A DNA stretch of 64,000 nt, from NCBI GenBank assembly GCA_951406725.2, contig OX597836.1:15190001-15254000 (forward strand). The letters run 5' to 3'. The translations under genes and the position numbers were made by a program. Numbering within the stretch: position 1 is the first letter of the stretch; each line of letters begins with the position of its first letter. This stretch comes from Octopus vulgaris. Taxonomy: Eukaryota. The notes beneath the pieces were generated by a model, which did not search any database, was not told where the DNA came from, and worked only from the letters and a program-made list of their open reading frames with translations. This document shows, piece after piece, positions 38,467 to 51,529 of the stretch.

Positions 38467-40427
38467 TTAAACTATGTTGAAGTGAATCGAACGGCTTTTG
38501 TGTGTTTCTTAAATGGCTTACAAACACCTTCCAACGATAAAATATATATTCTTCAGCTCTGGATAATTGTGCAAAATATACCAGAATCAGTAATATAACA
38601 AACATGCAAATTGATTAAACACCCATTTCTCATCAAAATCTCTCCACTATGAGGAAAGCTTTAAGTTCTTTGAATAAGGAAGTCTTTGATCTTAGTTGCA
38701 CAGGGCAGTAAAAACATCAATACTTTAGAAGAAAAAATGTTGATAGCATGTTTGCTGGCTTAACATGAGTGGAAGGCAAACAGCAAAATTTCTACTTTCT
38801 CTCTCTTGACTCCCCACTCTTTTTATTTTGTCTCCCTTTTTCACCTTCCTTCTCCAAGAGAATAATAGATTATGAAGAAAATAACCCTTCTCTTTTTCTT
38901 AATTATGATTGAAAGCAAATAGAAAAAAATTCTGCTTCCTTCTGCCTTTCTCTCATTGACTTCCCACTCTTTTTCATTCTTTTTCCTGCTCCCTGCTTGA
39001 AGGGAAAAGAAAAGCAATTAATCCTTTGCTTTTTCTTTCCTTGCTAAGCAAACAGGATCTTTTTCTACTTACCCTTCATAAATAATATGGATTGCTGATA
39101 ATTCATACTAAGAACTAAAGGTATGGGAAATATGAGGATGGTAAAAATTATCCATAATTATCCATAAGGCGGTGAGCTGGCAGAAACGTTAGCACACTGG
39201 GCGAAATGCTTAGCGGTATTTCGTCTGCCGTTACGTTCTGAGTTCAAATTCCGCCGAGGTCGACTTTGCTTTTCATCCTTTCGGGGTCGATAAATTAAGT
39301 ACCAGTTACGCACTGGAGTTAATGTAATCGACTTAATACCTATGTCTGTCCTGGTTTGTACCCTCTGTGTTTAGCCCCTTGTGGGTAATAAAGAAATAGG
39401 TAAAAATTATTCATAATTAATTTTATATCACACAAAAATTATTTACCCTGGAATAAAAGTAAGGCAGGCATTGCATACATACACCCTTCACCCCTGATAT
39501 ATGCATGTGTGTGTGTTTGTAATTAATAATATCAGGGTGATAAAGACTTTAGAAATTTTTACTACCAGTGGCCTAGCATATAGAAAAGTTAGTCAATAGG
39601 CTATATATTATTCATATAAAATACAGTGTACATTTAAACACATTAAGAGGTTTCCATCATAGGAATCCTTTATGCTAGAAAGAACAGCTAAAGTCCAAAC
39701 CACTAATTAGGGATAAATTCTTGAAGGGAATGAAAAATAAAAACATTTAATATCTCTTTCCTGGACCATGGTTTCTGACTTATTTTAGTAAATAAAATTA
39801 TTTCCATATATATTATATCATGATGATGATGATATATATATATAAATATATCATTATATTTATATATATTATATCATAATTGTAATACCATATTATAATA
39901 TAATAACTCTAATATATATTTAACCCTATTAGCATTCTGTAGGAAATTACTACTTATATCATTAAGTAATTAAATGAAATTAAACTCAGCAAAAATGTTA
40001 TATCATTATTGTTGATTATTATTTAATGACAATAATCACAAATATCATCAGTCCAGCATCAAAAAGGTTAATATTATTTCGACTGATTTTGCAAATGTAA
40101 CTTTAAATAATGAGCATTCCTACACATGTAGCAAGCTTAATGTCTCATTAAGTTATATTTATAAATTATCTAACCACCCTCAATCTATAATTAGGAATTT
40201 AGTTGAGAAGATATGCTTGAGAATTTCTAACGAACTAGCAAAACAAGTCATATTTTCAATGAAACCTTACATTATATATATGTGTGTGTGTGTATGTGTG
40301 TGTATATATATATTACAGGGTAAAAGTTTTTCAATTTTCTCCTGGTTTACGGTATTAATGTTATTTTGCGGTTATAGCTTTTGGCTGTTATTGTGGGTGA
40401 ATGGCCTATTATGGCCGTTCCTTGATT

Positions 40428-40465
<38 letters not shown>

Positions 40466-40617
40466 TATATTAAATTAGAGATAAAACCACTATTAGGCAA
40501 ATCAAACAGTGAAAAACATAAGCCAATACATAAAATTAATTTAATTTATATTATTTTCAATATATATCAAGAGTATTAAAAGTTTAATAAAAGATAAAGA
40601 GTAAAACACTACGATCG

Positions 40618-40654
<37 letters not shown>

Positions 40655-40715
40655 CATGATAGATCTCTAGCCACTAAACCTTTTCTATTTTCTCTCCCTG
40701 TTTATTTCTGTGTTC

Positions 40716-40751
40716 CTTTCTGTCAACGAGCGTAGGCTAGGAACGTAAAAG
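40716..40751 (+). ncRNA. Degenerate minimal hammerhead motif
   Basis: CTTT-CTGTCAA-cGAGC(gtag)GCTa-GGA-ACGT-A-AAAG. Same architecture as 43003-43037 with core mutations. Confidence 0.4.
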
Positions 40752-40954
40752 ACTTTCTCACTTCCTGAGTGTTAAACTTATACATCTATTTGTTGTTTAC
40801 ACATCTGTCTTCGATTTTTGGTTTTTGGTAATATATATATATATATAATTGAAGAAATTCAACAAAAAGGAGTACAGTTGCACAATTATTTTTAAATCAC
40901 TGCAACTGTTTCCACACAGTATAGTTCTCCAGAAATACAGGTATTTGATTATAC

Positions 40955-41700
40955 AACCGTTTGTGGAACCCTAAGGCTAAAACAATACCTGTTGTCATAG
41001 GTGCCCTAGAAATGATAGCAAAAGGGGCTGATTGCTACCTAGCTCAGGTACCAGGAAATCCAAACGTCGCAGAAATTCAAAAAACAGTGCTCATGTGAAC
41101 TACCCATATCCTATGCAAAATGCTTTCTATGAGTGGCTGTGTGGTAAGTAGCTTGCTTACCAACCACATGGTTCTGGGTTCAGTCTCACTGCGTGGCACC
41201 TTGGGCAAGTGTCTTCTGCTATAGCCTCGGGCCGACCAAAGCCTTGTGAGTGGATTTGGTAGACGGAAACTGGAAGAAGCCCATCGTATATATGTATATA
41301 TATGTGTATGTGTGTGTATATGTTTGTGTGTTTGTTTGTCCCCCCGCAACATCGCTTGACAACCGATGCTGGTGTGTTTACGTCCCCGTAACTTAGCAGT
41401 TCGACCTAAGAGACCGATAGAATAAGTACTAGGCTTACAAAGAATAAGTCCTGGGGTCGATTTGCTCAACTAAAGGCGGTGCTCCAGCATGGCCACAGTC
41501 AAATGACTGAAACAAGTAAAAGAGTAAAAAGAGTATTCTCTAGAACAATACTTTGTGCAACACCAAATATATGGTATCCTAATCATAACATGAACTTGAA
41601 CTTCTAACTTGTTGTCTCTTGACATCTCCGGGTGAGACTTTGAGTCAACTTGTACAAGTATAAAGCAAAAGTCAAACATATAATAATAATAATAATAATT
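40955..41700 (+). mobile_element. 3' remnant of a restriction-like-endonuclease non-LTR element (R4/Dong-like), split by a SINE, with (TAA)n tail
   Basis: LWNPKAKTIPVVIGALEMI..AEIQKTVLM*TTHILCKML (PxVIGALG-type C-terminus); taataataat tail at about 41680-41700. Confidence 0.6.
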
Positions 41701-42261
41701 CTTGGATGGAATTTACAAACATTTAATGCATTGCTATGACAGCTCAATTCAACTCTGAAAAACTGGTTCACCAGTCAGCATTATTAGACTGTGGCTGGCA
41801 TAAGGGAATAGGAGCTTTATTTGCTTATTCAAAACATTTTCATAAACAAATTTAAAAGACAGGTGCAGATGTGGCTGTGTTGTAAGAAGCTTGCTTCCCA
41901 TCCACAAGGTTCCGAGTTCAGTCCCACTGCATGGCACCTTGGTGTCTTCTACTACAGCCTTGGGCTAACCAAAGCCTTGTAAGTGGATTTGGTAAACAGA
42001 AACTGAAAGAAGCCTATTGTATATATATATATATATGTATATATTTTATGTGTGTGACTTTGTGTTTGTCCCCACCACCCTTGCCTGACAACCAATGTTG
42101 GTATGTTTATGTCCCTGTAACTTAATGGTTTGGCAAAAGAGGCCGATGAGATAAATATCAAGCTTACAAAGAATAAGTTCTGGGGTTGATTTGTCCAACT
42201 AAAAGGCAGTACTCCAGCATGACCACAGTTAAATGTCTAAAACAAGTAAAAGAATAAAAGA

Positions 42262-42313
<52 letters not shown>

Positions 42314-42465
42314 GAAGAAATGAGGTTTTATATTTACAGATATTTATTAGTATGTTACATATTAGTAAGTTACATACTAATAAATATCTCTAAATATAAA
42401 ACCATCCAGATTTATGAGTACCTCATTTCTTCTAATATATAATACTTGTACATCATCTCCAAACC

Positions 42466-42505
<40 letters not shown>

Positions 42506-42566
42506 AATTTTTTGCGTAATGAGATAAAAAACCAAGGCTGTGTAGATATTTGAACATTTATAGATA

Positions 42567-42619
42567 GGTCTTACAGCTGTTTCCAGGATATTAATTAATT
42601 ATATCTCTTCATCGGAGCC
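42567..42619 (-). ncRNA. Hammerhead motif with GAAAC-AGCT-GTA palindromic stem III
   Basis: Reverse complement reads ggct-CCGATGA-agaGATAT(aattaatta)ATATCctg-GAAAC-AGCT-GTA-agacc. Confidence 0.6.
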
Positions 42620-43002
42620 GGTGTGAGAGGATGGTTAAGTAATAGTTAATTTAGATAGGATACAAAATAGAGAGTGAGGCGGAGGAAAGAAAATAGATGT
42701 AAGATATGTAGGGATATTGAATTTGTAGATCCATTTTTTAGGCAGAATAGTATATATTTAAGATTCCAATAACTTATGAATAAAATCCAACAGAATTTAA
42801 AATGGGTCGACCGCTCGAAACGTTAAACCCTCCTTCTTCCCTTCCTTCCTGAGCGTCCAATAATACTATATTTGTTCCACGTCCTCGCATTGTTGCGTTT
42901 TCTCTTTGTGTTTTCATGTTTGGATTAACTATGACCTCATGTGTACCGTTGGCGATTTTTTTTTCCTCTGTCTTCCCTTCTCTGGATCTTTCCTTCTCCT
43001 AT

Positions 43003-43037
43003 GTTTCCGCCGAAGAGCTCTGCTCGAAACGTTAAAC
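43003..43037 (+). ncRNA. Minimal Penelope-type hammerhead motif (core mutated to CCGCCGA)
   Basis: GTTT-CCGCCGA-aGAGC(tct)GCTC-GAA-ACGT-T-AAAC. The 3' half is repeated at 42811-42828. Confidence 0.6.
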
Positions 43038-46000
43038 CCTCCTTCTTTCCTTAGCATCTAATAATACTATATTTGTTCCAAGTCCTCGCATTGTTGTGTT
43101 TTTTTGTGCTTTCTTGTTTGGATTAACTTTATATATATATATATATATACACACATATATGAGTGTATGTATGAGTAAATGTTATGTACACTGTGTGTAC
43201 CTATGATTTTCTTATATGGGAATTTTTCTCTCTTTCTCTGGACACACACAAATACACATTGATGTGGATTAAAGATAATTAAAATTCTTATAAACAAGGA
43301 AAAAACATTTAGAAATATGTGATATCAGAATTCTTCCAAAATTATATATTTGACCTTTAACCTTCAGCCATTGACATGGGTGGGGTATTTTTCCTTTTTT
43401 TTTGCTTTTTTTTAAAATTTTTTCTTTCATCATCTTTGTGTGATTCATTGAATTACTGGCAGCTTCAGAACTGGTGTGTCCCTTAGGACTGAGACCACTC
43501 CTTTGGAAGCAATAGGGGGAGCTATAAGACATTTTCATTTCCTCTCTCTCATAAACATGCACACATGTCACAATCATATTCCTTCAGCCTTCAACCACTT
43601 TTGTCCCTCACTTCAGCATACAAGCACCTCCACTTAACTCACCCACTCACTCACCTCCATCTCCATTAACACCATCTTCAACCACAACATGTATCAGATC
43701 CCATCTGCCTCAATCCCCCACCACCACTACAAACCCTCTTCTACTCACACCCTTCCACCTGTTGCTCAGTTGAACCCAAAGTATCCTTCCTCACCCACTC
43801 CTATATTCTAACCAGTCAATGAGTGCATATGTGTATGTGTATACAAATATTCTTTTACTTGATTCAGATATTTCACTGAGGCCATACTGGAGCACTTCCC
43901 TGAAGAATTTTAGTCAAAGAAATTGACCCCATTACTTTTTTTACTTTTTTTATTTTTTAAGCCTGCTATTTATTATATCAATCTCTTTAACTGAATCACT
44001 AAGTTGCAGGGACATAAACACAGACACAAAGACACACATACATAGATAAATTATAGATATATAATTGATATAGGATAAAATTTTTTCGGGAAAAAATTTT
44101 TATCAATGGCCAGCATATCAAAAAATGCCTTTAAAGGTAAAATTTATACATAATTTACAAGATAAGGGCCTTATCTGCCCTTATCTTGTAAATTATATAT
44201 ATATTATATTAATATTAGGGAAGTTATTTCCGAGTTCACAGGGGAGAGAAGTTCAATTTTGTGGTAGTAAATTGAGTTACTCACTGTATTATATACATAT
44301 ATATAGATAGGTTTAAGAGACAGAATCACCCTCAAGCAACTCAATCATCATTGAATGACATTATCCACAATAGGTACATATAGGACTAAATATTAAAATT
44401 TACCAAAATCAATACCTACAATTCTTATTACAAATTATCAAAATTAATACCTTCAATTCTTATTTCAAATCATATACTTTACTACACGTGTTTCATGACA
44501 ACATATTCTTCGATATTGCTGAAATAGAATGTCTCTAAATACAACACCATATTAAAACGATTATATGTATGTGTATATATATGTATGTGTGTGTGTATGT
44601 TTGTGTGTCTGTGTTTGTCCCCCTAGCATTGCTTGACAACCAATGCTGGTGTGTTTATGTCCCCGTCACTTAGCGGTTCGGCAAAAGAGACCGATAGAAT
44701 AAGTACTGGGCTTACAAAGAATAAGTCCCGGGGTCGATTTGCTCGACTAAAGGTGGTGCTCCAGCATGGCCGCAGTCAAATGACTGAAACAATTAAAAGA
44801 GTAAAGAGTATATATATATAAAATACAAAAAGGGGACAAAAACACAAAACATCCAGACAGGTGATACAAAAAAGGGACAACAAAACATCCAGACAGACGA
44901 TACAAGGAAAACAAGGACGGATCGTTCGGAGTTTTCTTTCCTCAGTCGATTTCCAGATTATCTTTGCAATTTTGGCTGGTTAATATATATATGTATACAC
45001 ACACAAACACACACACACACACACATGTATGTCCGTACACATGCTTAATATATTTACTTTCACTTTTAAATAAGAACTGGGTTTACAAAGAGATTTGTTT
45101 GTTTCTATTTGGCAGTTCAATATATGTATGAAAAAAAGAGGTAGAATTTATTCAAATTTTTGGAATTATAAAACAAAAGTTGTAGAGGAAGAATAAAGCT
45201 GCAAATAATAATAATAATAATAAAATAAATAAATAAACCACAAAAAAATATTTTTTTCATGTTAGTTCAAATAATACTGGAGATGACTGAATGGGGAAAA
45301 GGAAAAAAAACAAAACAAGTTTATTTCACAACCTAACATATGTATATATTTACACACACACACACACACACCAATACATATTCTGCACAAAAGAACCAAA
45401 CTTAAACAACAAACTTTGAAGTGAAAGGTAGGTTGAGAAGCCTATATAGGTAGATGGATGATAGAGGGTGGCAAGCTACAGGAGTTAGGTTCCACTCCCA
45501 CCCGGCTCCTCCCCTGTCTCATTCACCCAGTTATCCTTCTATTCCTGCATCACATTCCATCTGCTTCTTATTGCTTTTACTCTGTGGCATTTCTCATTCT
45601 GGTATCATTTTTCTCTTTCATTTATTTCTTATTTTACTGGGGGTTTTTTTTTTTTGTTTTGTTTTGGCATGTTTTTTTTTTTTTTTGCTTTCTTTTACTT
45701 CCTGTATTGTGAAATTCAGAGATTCCCTCTTGGCTGCCTGCTGTGTGAAGTAGACATTGACAAACAAACACAGATAACACAACAACTAACTATAGCTGTG
45801 TAGGCTTTGTAACTGTAGGTATTTCATCTGTCCTATGTTCTGAGTTCAAATTCCACTGAGGTTGACTTTGCCTTTCATCCTTTCAGGGTCAATTAAATAA
45901 GTACCAGTTATGCACTTGGGTTGATATAATCAACTTAGTCAGTTTGTCTGTCCTTGTTTGTCCCTTCTGTGTTTAGCCCTTTGTGGGTAGTAAAGAAATA

Positions 46001-48587
46001 GGTATTTTGTCTGCCGCTACGTTCTGAGTTCAAATTCCACTGAGGTCGACTTTGCCTTTCATCCTTTCAGGGTTGATTAAATTGTACCAGTTATGCACTG
46101 AGGTCAATATAATCGACTTAGTCGTTTGTCTGTCCTTGTTTGTCCCTTCTATGTTTAGCCCGTTGTGGGTAGTAAAGAAATAGGTCTTTTCCTTTTGATG
46201 GACGGAATTTTCTAGTTAACTAAAAAATTTGAAACTTCGTATACTGGTAGAATGTGTCAAAAGAAAACATTATTGTAAACAAAATTGTAATTTGTAAGTT
46301 TAACATCATTTAATTCTACGAATTTTAACCATTTTGTCTGCCATTACGTTTTGAGTTCAAATTCCACCGAGGTCAACTTTGCCTTTCATCCTTTCAGGGT
46401 CAATTAAATAAGTACCAGTTACGCACTGAGGTCGAATAATCAACTTAATCTGTTTGTATGTCCTTTCTGTGTTTAGCCCCATGTGGGTAGTAAAGAAATA
46501 GGTTTCAGGGTCAGGAATAAAAGAAGAATCAGATGTAGTGTGCAAGAAAGAAGACTTCAAATGATATGAACATATGATGTGTATGGTTGAGGAATTGCTG
46601 CATAAAGAATTACTAATTACTTATCCCTTTCGTTACCATATTTCTGTTGAAATTCATTGCCTTTCACCACCATCATCATCATTTAACATCCATTGTCCAT
46701 GCTGGCATGGGTTGGACAGTTTGACCAGAGCTGCTACATTCTGAGTTAAAAGAATTCTGCTGCTACGTTCTGCGTTCAAATTCCGCCAAGGTCAACTTTG
46801 CCTTCCATCCTTTCGGGGTCGATTTAATAAGTACCAGTTACACACTGAGATCGATATAATCGACTTAATCCGTTTGTCTGTCCTTGCTTGTCCCCTCTAT
46901 GTTTAGCTCCTTGTGGGCAATAAAGGAATAAGTTTGACCAGGGCTGATAAGCTGAGTGGCTGCACCAGACTCCAGTCTAATTTGGCATGGTTTCTACAGC
47001 TGGATGTCCTTCCTAATGCCAACCACTCCAAGAGTGTAATGGATGATTTTTTGCGCCACTGGCACCGGTGCCAGTTGCATGACTATAGTATCTACTGAGA
47101 CTATGATTTCACTTGGCTTGATGGGTCTTCTACTCAAGTACAGCATATTGCCAAAGGTCTTGGTTGTTTGTCATTGCCTCATGAGGCCCAATGCTCAAAA
47201 GGTGCTTTTTTACATACCTCCAGCACGGGTGCTAGTTACACAATCCTGGCATCGCCCACATTGCCTCCACGAGACTCAATTTTGAAAATAATGACTAATT
47301 TAGTAAAATAGCTTTGTCATTGTTATTAAGCTGGTGGCGAGCTGGCAGAAATGTTAGCACGCAGGGTGAAATGCTTAGCGGTATTTCGTCTGCCATTACG
47401 TTCTGAGTTCAAATTCCACCAAGGTCGACTTTGCCTTTCATCCTTTCGGGGTCGAAAAATAAGGTACCAGTTTTACACTAGGGTTGATGTAATCGACTTA
47501 ATCCCTTTGTCTGTCCTTGTTTGTCCCCCCTATGTTTAGCCCCTTGTGGGCAGTAAAGAAATAGGTATTTTGTCTGTCGTTACATTCCAAGTTCAAATTC
47601 TGCCGAGGTCGACTTTGCCTTTCATCCTTTCGGGGTCGAAAAATAAGGTACCAGTTTCACACTGGGGTCGATGTAATCGACTTAATCCCTTTGTCTGTCC
47701 TTGTTTGTCCCCACTATGTTTAGCCCCTTGTGGGCAGTAAAGAAATATATTAAGCTGGTGTTTGGAACATAAATTAATGTTAAATTTGATCGAAGGTATT
47801 GTACTCAAGAGGAGCTGTCCGCCACATCAGAAGTGTTAAGGCCGCACCCTCTCATGCAGAGGGTTGGCCTGCAAGAGTCCTGCATCAGTGTCACATAAAA
47901 AGCGCTCATGCCAGTGCCATGTTAAGGGCACCCAGCACACACTGTAAAGTGGTTGGCATTAGGAAGGGCATCCAGCCATAGAAAACCAAGCCAAATCAGG
48001 CTGGAGCTTGATGCAGCTTCCCAGCTTACCAGTTCTGGTCTAACTGTCCAACTCATGCCAGCATGGAAAACCCTAAAGGATGATGATGATGATGATGATG
48101 ATCACTGTAATCATTTAGCATTTAGATTACTTTGTCAAATGTAATGTTTGTAGGCGTAGGAGTGGCTGTGTGGTAAGTAGCTTGCTTACCAACCACATGG
48201 TTCCGGGTTCAGTCCCACTGTGTGGCACCTTGGGCAAGTGTCTACTACTGAGAAGGGAATATGTTGAATAAATTTAACCGGCGAGCTGGCAGAATCGTTA
48301 GCACCCCGGGCGAAATGCGTAGCCGTATTTCGTCTGTCGTTACGTTCCGAGTTGAAATTCCGCCGAGGTCGACTTTGCCTTTCATCCTTTCGGGGTCGAT
48401 AAATTAAGAACCAGTTACGCACTGGGGTCGATGTAATCGACTTAATCCGTTTGTCTGTCCTTGTTTGTCCCCTCTGTGTTTAGCCCCTTGTGGGTAGTAA
48501 AGAAATAAATATGTTGAATAAAATCATAATTAACTGGTTCTCCTGTATTTTCTTTTACCCAAAAGCCGGAACTTTTCAGCACCTCCT

Positions 48588-48644
<57 letters not shown>

Positions 48645-49019
48645 CTTGGTGCTTGTATTTACCTATGAAAGCTTATTCATAGCACTATTAGGCAAATAGA
48701 ATTCACTAGAATAAATACCAAACTTAGAATAAGTCCCTTTGATCAACTGAATTCTCCAATGCCTCCCTGCCCCAGGATGGGGGCAATGAAGAATTTGGTA
48801 ATGACTGAAAGACAAAAAAGCATAAAAGAGCATACCTGTGTTTGCATGTGTGTGCGTGCCTCTGTGTGTGTGTGTGTGTGTGTATTTGTGTGTGTGTGTT
48901 TGTATGTATGTATGTATGTGTGAGTGTGTGTGTATGTGTGTTACTATAAGGATCCAAAGGCCACCCACCTCCTCCTCTGAAAAGAAAATTAAAATCAAAG
49001 GCAGAAAAAATTTGGTGGA

Positions 49020-50870
49020 TTGATTAGTGGTGGTGGCGGTGGTGGTGGTGGTGGTGTGATGGTGGTGATGGTGGCGGGGGTGGTGGTGGTGATGGTGGTG
49101 GTGGTGGTGGTGATGGTGGTGGTAGTGGTGGTGGTGGTAGTGGATAGTGGTGGTGGTGGTGGTGCTGTTGGTGGTGGTGGTGATGGTGGTGGTGGTGGTG
49201 ATGGTGGTAGTGGTGATGGTGGTGGTGATAGTGGTGATGGTGGTGATGGTGGTGATGGTGGCAGTGGTGTGATGGTGGTGGTGTAGTTAATCCCCCTCTA
49301 CCACCACCACCACCGCCACTACAACACCAACCACAACAAATAAAAATGTAACCCTGAAACATCCCCAGCTGGCATGAATAAAAGATATATATATACCCTA
49401 GAAAAACCAGCTTAGGTATTATATGGGGATCCTGGTGGCTGGGTGTGTAATGTTGTGGTTGTTGGTGTTGGTGGTGGTGGTGGTGGTAGTGATGGAGGTA
49501 GGAGTAATAGGGGTAGGGCTGGTGTGTAGGTAGATAAATAAGGGCTGAGTGCCCAATTTAGCATCAAGGGAGCATGTGTGTGTGGAAGTGTGTATGTGTG
49601 TGTGTATGTATGTATGTGTGTGTGAGAGTGTGTATGTGTGAGTGTGTATGTGTGTGTGTATGTATGTATGTGTGTGAGAGTGTGTATGTGTGTGTGTATC
49701 TATGTATGTGTGTGAGAGTGTGTGTGTATGTGTGTATATGTATGTGTGTGAGAGTGTGTATGTGTGTGTGTATGTATGTATGTATGTATGTGTGTGTGTG
49801 AGAGTGTGTATATGTGTATGTATGTATGTGTGTGAGAGTGTGTATGTGTGTGTGTGAGAGTATGTATGTGTGTGTGTATGTATGTGTGTGTGTGTGAGTG
49901 TGTAAGTGTGTGTGTAGGTGTATGTTTGTGTATCTGTATGTGTGTGTGTGTGTGTGTGTCTGTGTGTGTGTAGGTGTATGTTTGTGTATCTGTATGTGTG
50001 TGTGGGGGGGTGGGGGGGGGGTGGGGGGGGGTAAAGATTAGAGCTAGACATACAGGAGAAGGGACTAGAATCTGTACCCAAATTAGCATCAGTGGTATGT
50101 CTGCTTATGTACGGGTGGGGGGGGATATCTGTGGGGGGTGGGGGTGGGAACCGAGAGAGGTGAGTGGGGTGTGGAGGGGGAGGGCAACCCTTTACCTTTT
50201 TCCTGTACCATTGAGGAGAGGCTTCTTTTGATATATAATATCCCTAAACATATTCATGTTATTAGTGATGATGGTTGAAATGAAGGTGGTGGCGGTGGTG
50301 GGGTAGGATGGTAGTAATGGTTGTGGTGGTGCTGATGGTGCTGGTATTGATGGTAGTGGTAAAGGTTATGGTGCTGGCACTGGTATTGACAATGTTGTTG
50401 TTTGTAGTGGTGGTGGTGAAGTAGGATGGTGGTAATGGTTGTGGTGGTGGTGGTGATAGTGGTAATGGTGTCTGTGCTGGCGGTGGTGTTGACAATGATG
50501 TTGATGGTGTTGTTGTTGTTGGTGGCAGTGGTGAGGTAGGATGGTGGTAATGGTTGTGGTGGTGCTGGTATTGATGGTGGTGGTGGTGGTGGTGATAGTG
50601 GTAATGGTTTCTGTGTTGGCGGTGGTGTTGACAATGACATTGGTGTTGTTGTTGGTGGTGGCAGTGGTGGGGTAGGATGGTAGTAATGGTTGTGGTGGTG
50701 GTGCTGGTGCTGGTATTGATGGTGGTGCTGGTGATAGTGGTAATGGTTGCATTGACAATGATGTTGATGTTGTTGTTGGTGGTGGTATTGATGGTAGTGG
50801 TAGTGATTATGGTGGTGGTGGGAGTGTTGATAGTGGGGAGGTAGGGTAGCAGCGGTGGTACCATGGTAAA
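49020..50870. repeat. Low-complexity block: (GGT)n, (GT)n/(GTAT)n, G-runs and a degenerate higher-order GGT repeat
   Basis: Direct reading; produces the spurious poly-H/T/P/V ORFs. Confidence 0.9.
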
Positions 50871-51355
50871 TGTTTTCCTGTTTTCTAATGTCTTTGAGGA
50901 GTGTGAACTTGTTGGTTTGAGTGTATTTGAACTCCCATTCACAGATGCAGGAATGGCTGTGTGGTAAGAAGCCCTGCTTCCCAACCACATGGTTCTGAGT
51001 CCAGTCCCACTGCTTGGCACCTTAGGCAAGTGTCTTCTACTATAGCCTTGGGCCGACCAAAGCCTTGTGAATGGATTAGATAGATAGAGAGATGGGTAGA
51101 TGGATGGATGGATAGATAGATAGATAGGCGGCGAGCTGGCAGAAACGTTAGCACACCGGACGAAATGCTTAGCAGTATTTCGTCTGCCGTTACGTTCTGA
51201 GTTCAAATTCCGCCGAGGTCGACTTTGCCTTTCATCCTTTCGGGGGTCGATAAATTAAGTACCAGTTATGTACTGGGGTCGATATAATCGACTTAATCTG
51301 TTTGTCTGTCCTTGTTTGTCCTCTCTATGTTTAGCCCCTTGTGGGTAGTAAAGAA

Positions 51356-51479
<124 letters not shown>

Positions 51480-51529
51480 GTAGGTAGAGAGAAAGAGAGC
51501 AAGACAGGCAGACAAGCAGACAGACAGAC

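Larger units (their letters stand above)
38205..38535. mobile_element. Foldback (inverted-repeat) element carrying the G3-C8 hammerheads; second copy at about 25515-25742
   Basis: Arms of about 125 bp (38274-38400 and 38411-38533) are reverse complements. The left part is nearly identical to 25515-25710. Confidence 0.75.

Noticed and set aside
44905-44960. Possible hammerhead (minus strand CTGAGGA...GAAcgatccGTC) and a similar motif at 60981-61015
   Set aside because: No convincing stem I or II and GAAA is incomplete; may be a decayed relative but cannot be supported.
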